DNA from: a virus
Lineage: Duplodnaviria; Caudoviricetes
Length of the DNA stretch: 36,172 nt
IMG/VR virus record: IMGVR_UViG_3300038674_000163
Location: 1 to 36,172 of that record
Strand: one strand, 5' to 3'
Below, piece by piece: positions 35,991-36,172 of this stretch. The position numbers and the translations under genes were made by a program. The notes below the pieces were generated by a model. It was not told where the DNA came from and did not search any database. It was given only the letters and a program-made list of their open reading frames with translations. Numbering within the stretch: the stretch's first letter is position 1; each line of letters starts with the position of its first letter.

Positions 35991-36172
35991 TTCTCCTCCT
36001 TGCCGTACTGCTCGGCTAAATTATTAATCATCTTAGTGAAATCGTTTACTTGAATATCTCCGAAGTATTCAACTCCATTGCTTCCGCAATAATAGTATCC
36101 AAATTGAGCCATACCAAATTTAACTTTCTCCGCAAACTCCTTAACCGTTTCGCTCTGCTTGCGGTAGCCTGC
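35987..36172 (-). CDS. Hypothetical protein, 5'-truncated by the window edge
   Basis: Open frame AGYRKQSETVKEFAEKVK...EQYGKEEK*, with an ATGA overlap with the next gene. Confidence 0.6.
   Translation of the reverse strand, partial: AGYRKQSETVKEFAEKVKFGMAQFGYYYCGSNGVEYFGDIQVNDFTKMINNLAEQYGKEEK

Larger units (their letters stand above)
1..36172. mobile_element. Fragment of a tailed dsDNA bacteriophage (podovirus-like Caudoviricetes), structural arm on +, replication/early arm on -
   Basis: Capsid, scaffold, adaptor, nozzle and ejection genes converge on PolB, primase, helicase, SSB and nucleotide genes. Genes are densely overlapping and no host housekeeping genes are present. Confidence 0.96.

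Noticed and set aside
1-36172. Stop-codon reassignment
   Set aside because: Genes are full length in code 11, and TAA, TAG and TGA all end genes at sensible, often coupled, positions.

Overview
This window is a 36 kb internal fragment of an AT-rich tailed dsDNA phage with podovirus-like architecture (adaptor, nozzle and ejection proteins; no tape measure). The host is probably a Bacillota/Clostridia-like bacterium, inferred from strong GGAGG RBSs and a SigA-like sigma-4. It has two convergent arms. The + arm (1-21941) is structural: a 5'-truncated repeat-rich tail fibre, a small coiled-coil protein, four overlapping membrane/coiled-coil genes, scaffold, head cement, a Mu gpT-like major capsid protein, adaptor, a 1413-aa nozzle, a 454-aa ejection protein and a 3184-aa polyvalent protein with two HExxH metallopeptidase domains. 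The - arm (21898-36172) carries replication, nucleotide-metabolism and early genes: family B DNA polymerase, prim-pol/D5 primase-helicase, SNF2-like helicase, VRR-NUC, DUF2815 SSB, DUF2800 exonuclease, a sigma-70 region 3.2-4-only protein, DUF1599, dUTPase, dCMP deaminase, a degenerate ThyX-like enzyme and a mosaic of small ORFs including Lar. The most striking signals are: (1) a 104-bp, 101/104-identical structured direct repeat (22233-22336 and 28279-28382) that brackets the nuclease-helicase-primase-PolB cassette, and whose three differences all preserve a + strand hairpin, with a related hairpin cluster before the giant gene; (2) a half-sigma factor alongside a recurring TATATAATA motif that lacks canonical -35 boxes; (3) a ThyX-like protein missing its conserved arginines inside a nucleotide-modification-like cluster; (4) apparent absence of GATC. 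No terminase, portal, integrase, endolysin, tRNA or CRISPR array was recognised. All family calls come from motif recognition, not database searches.
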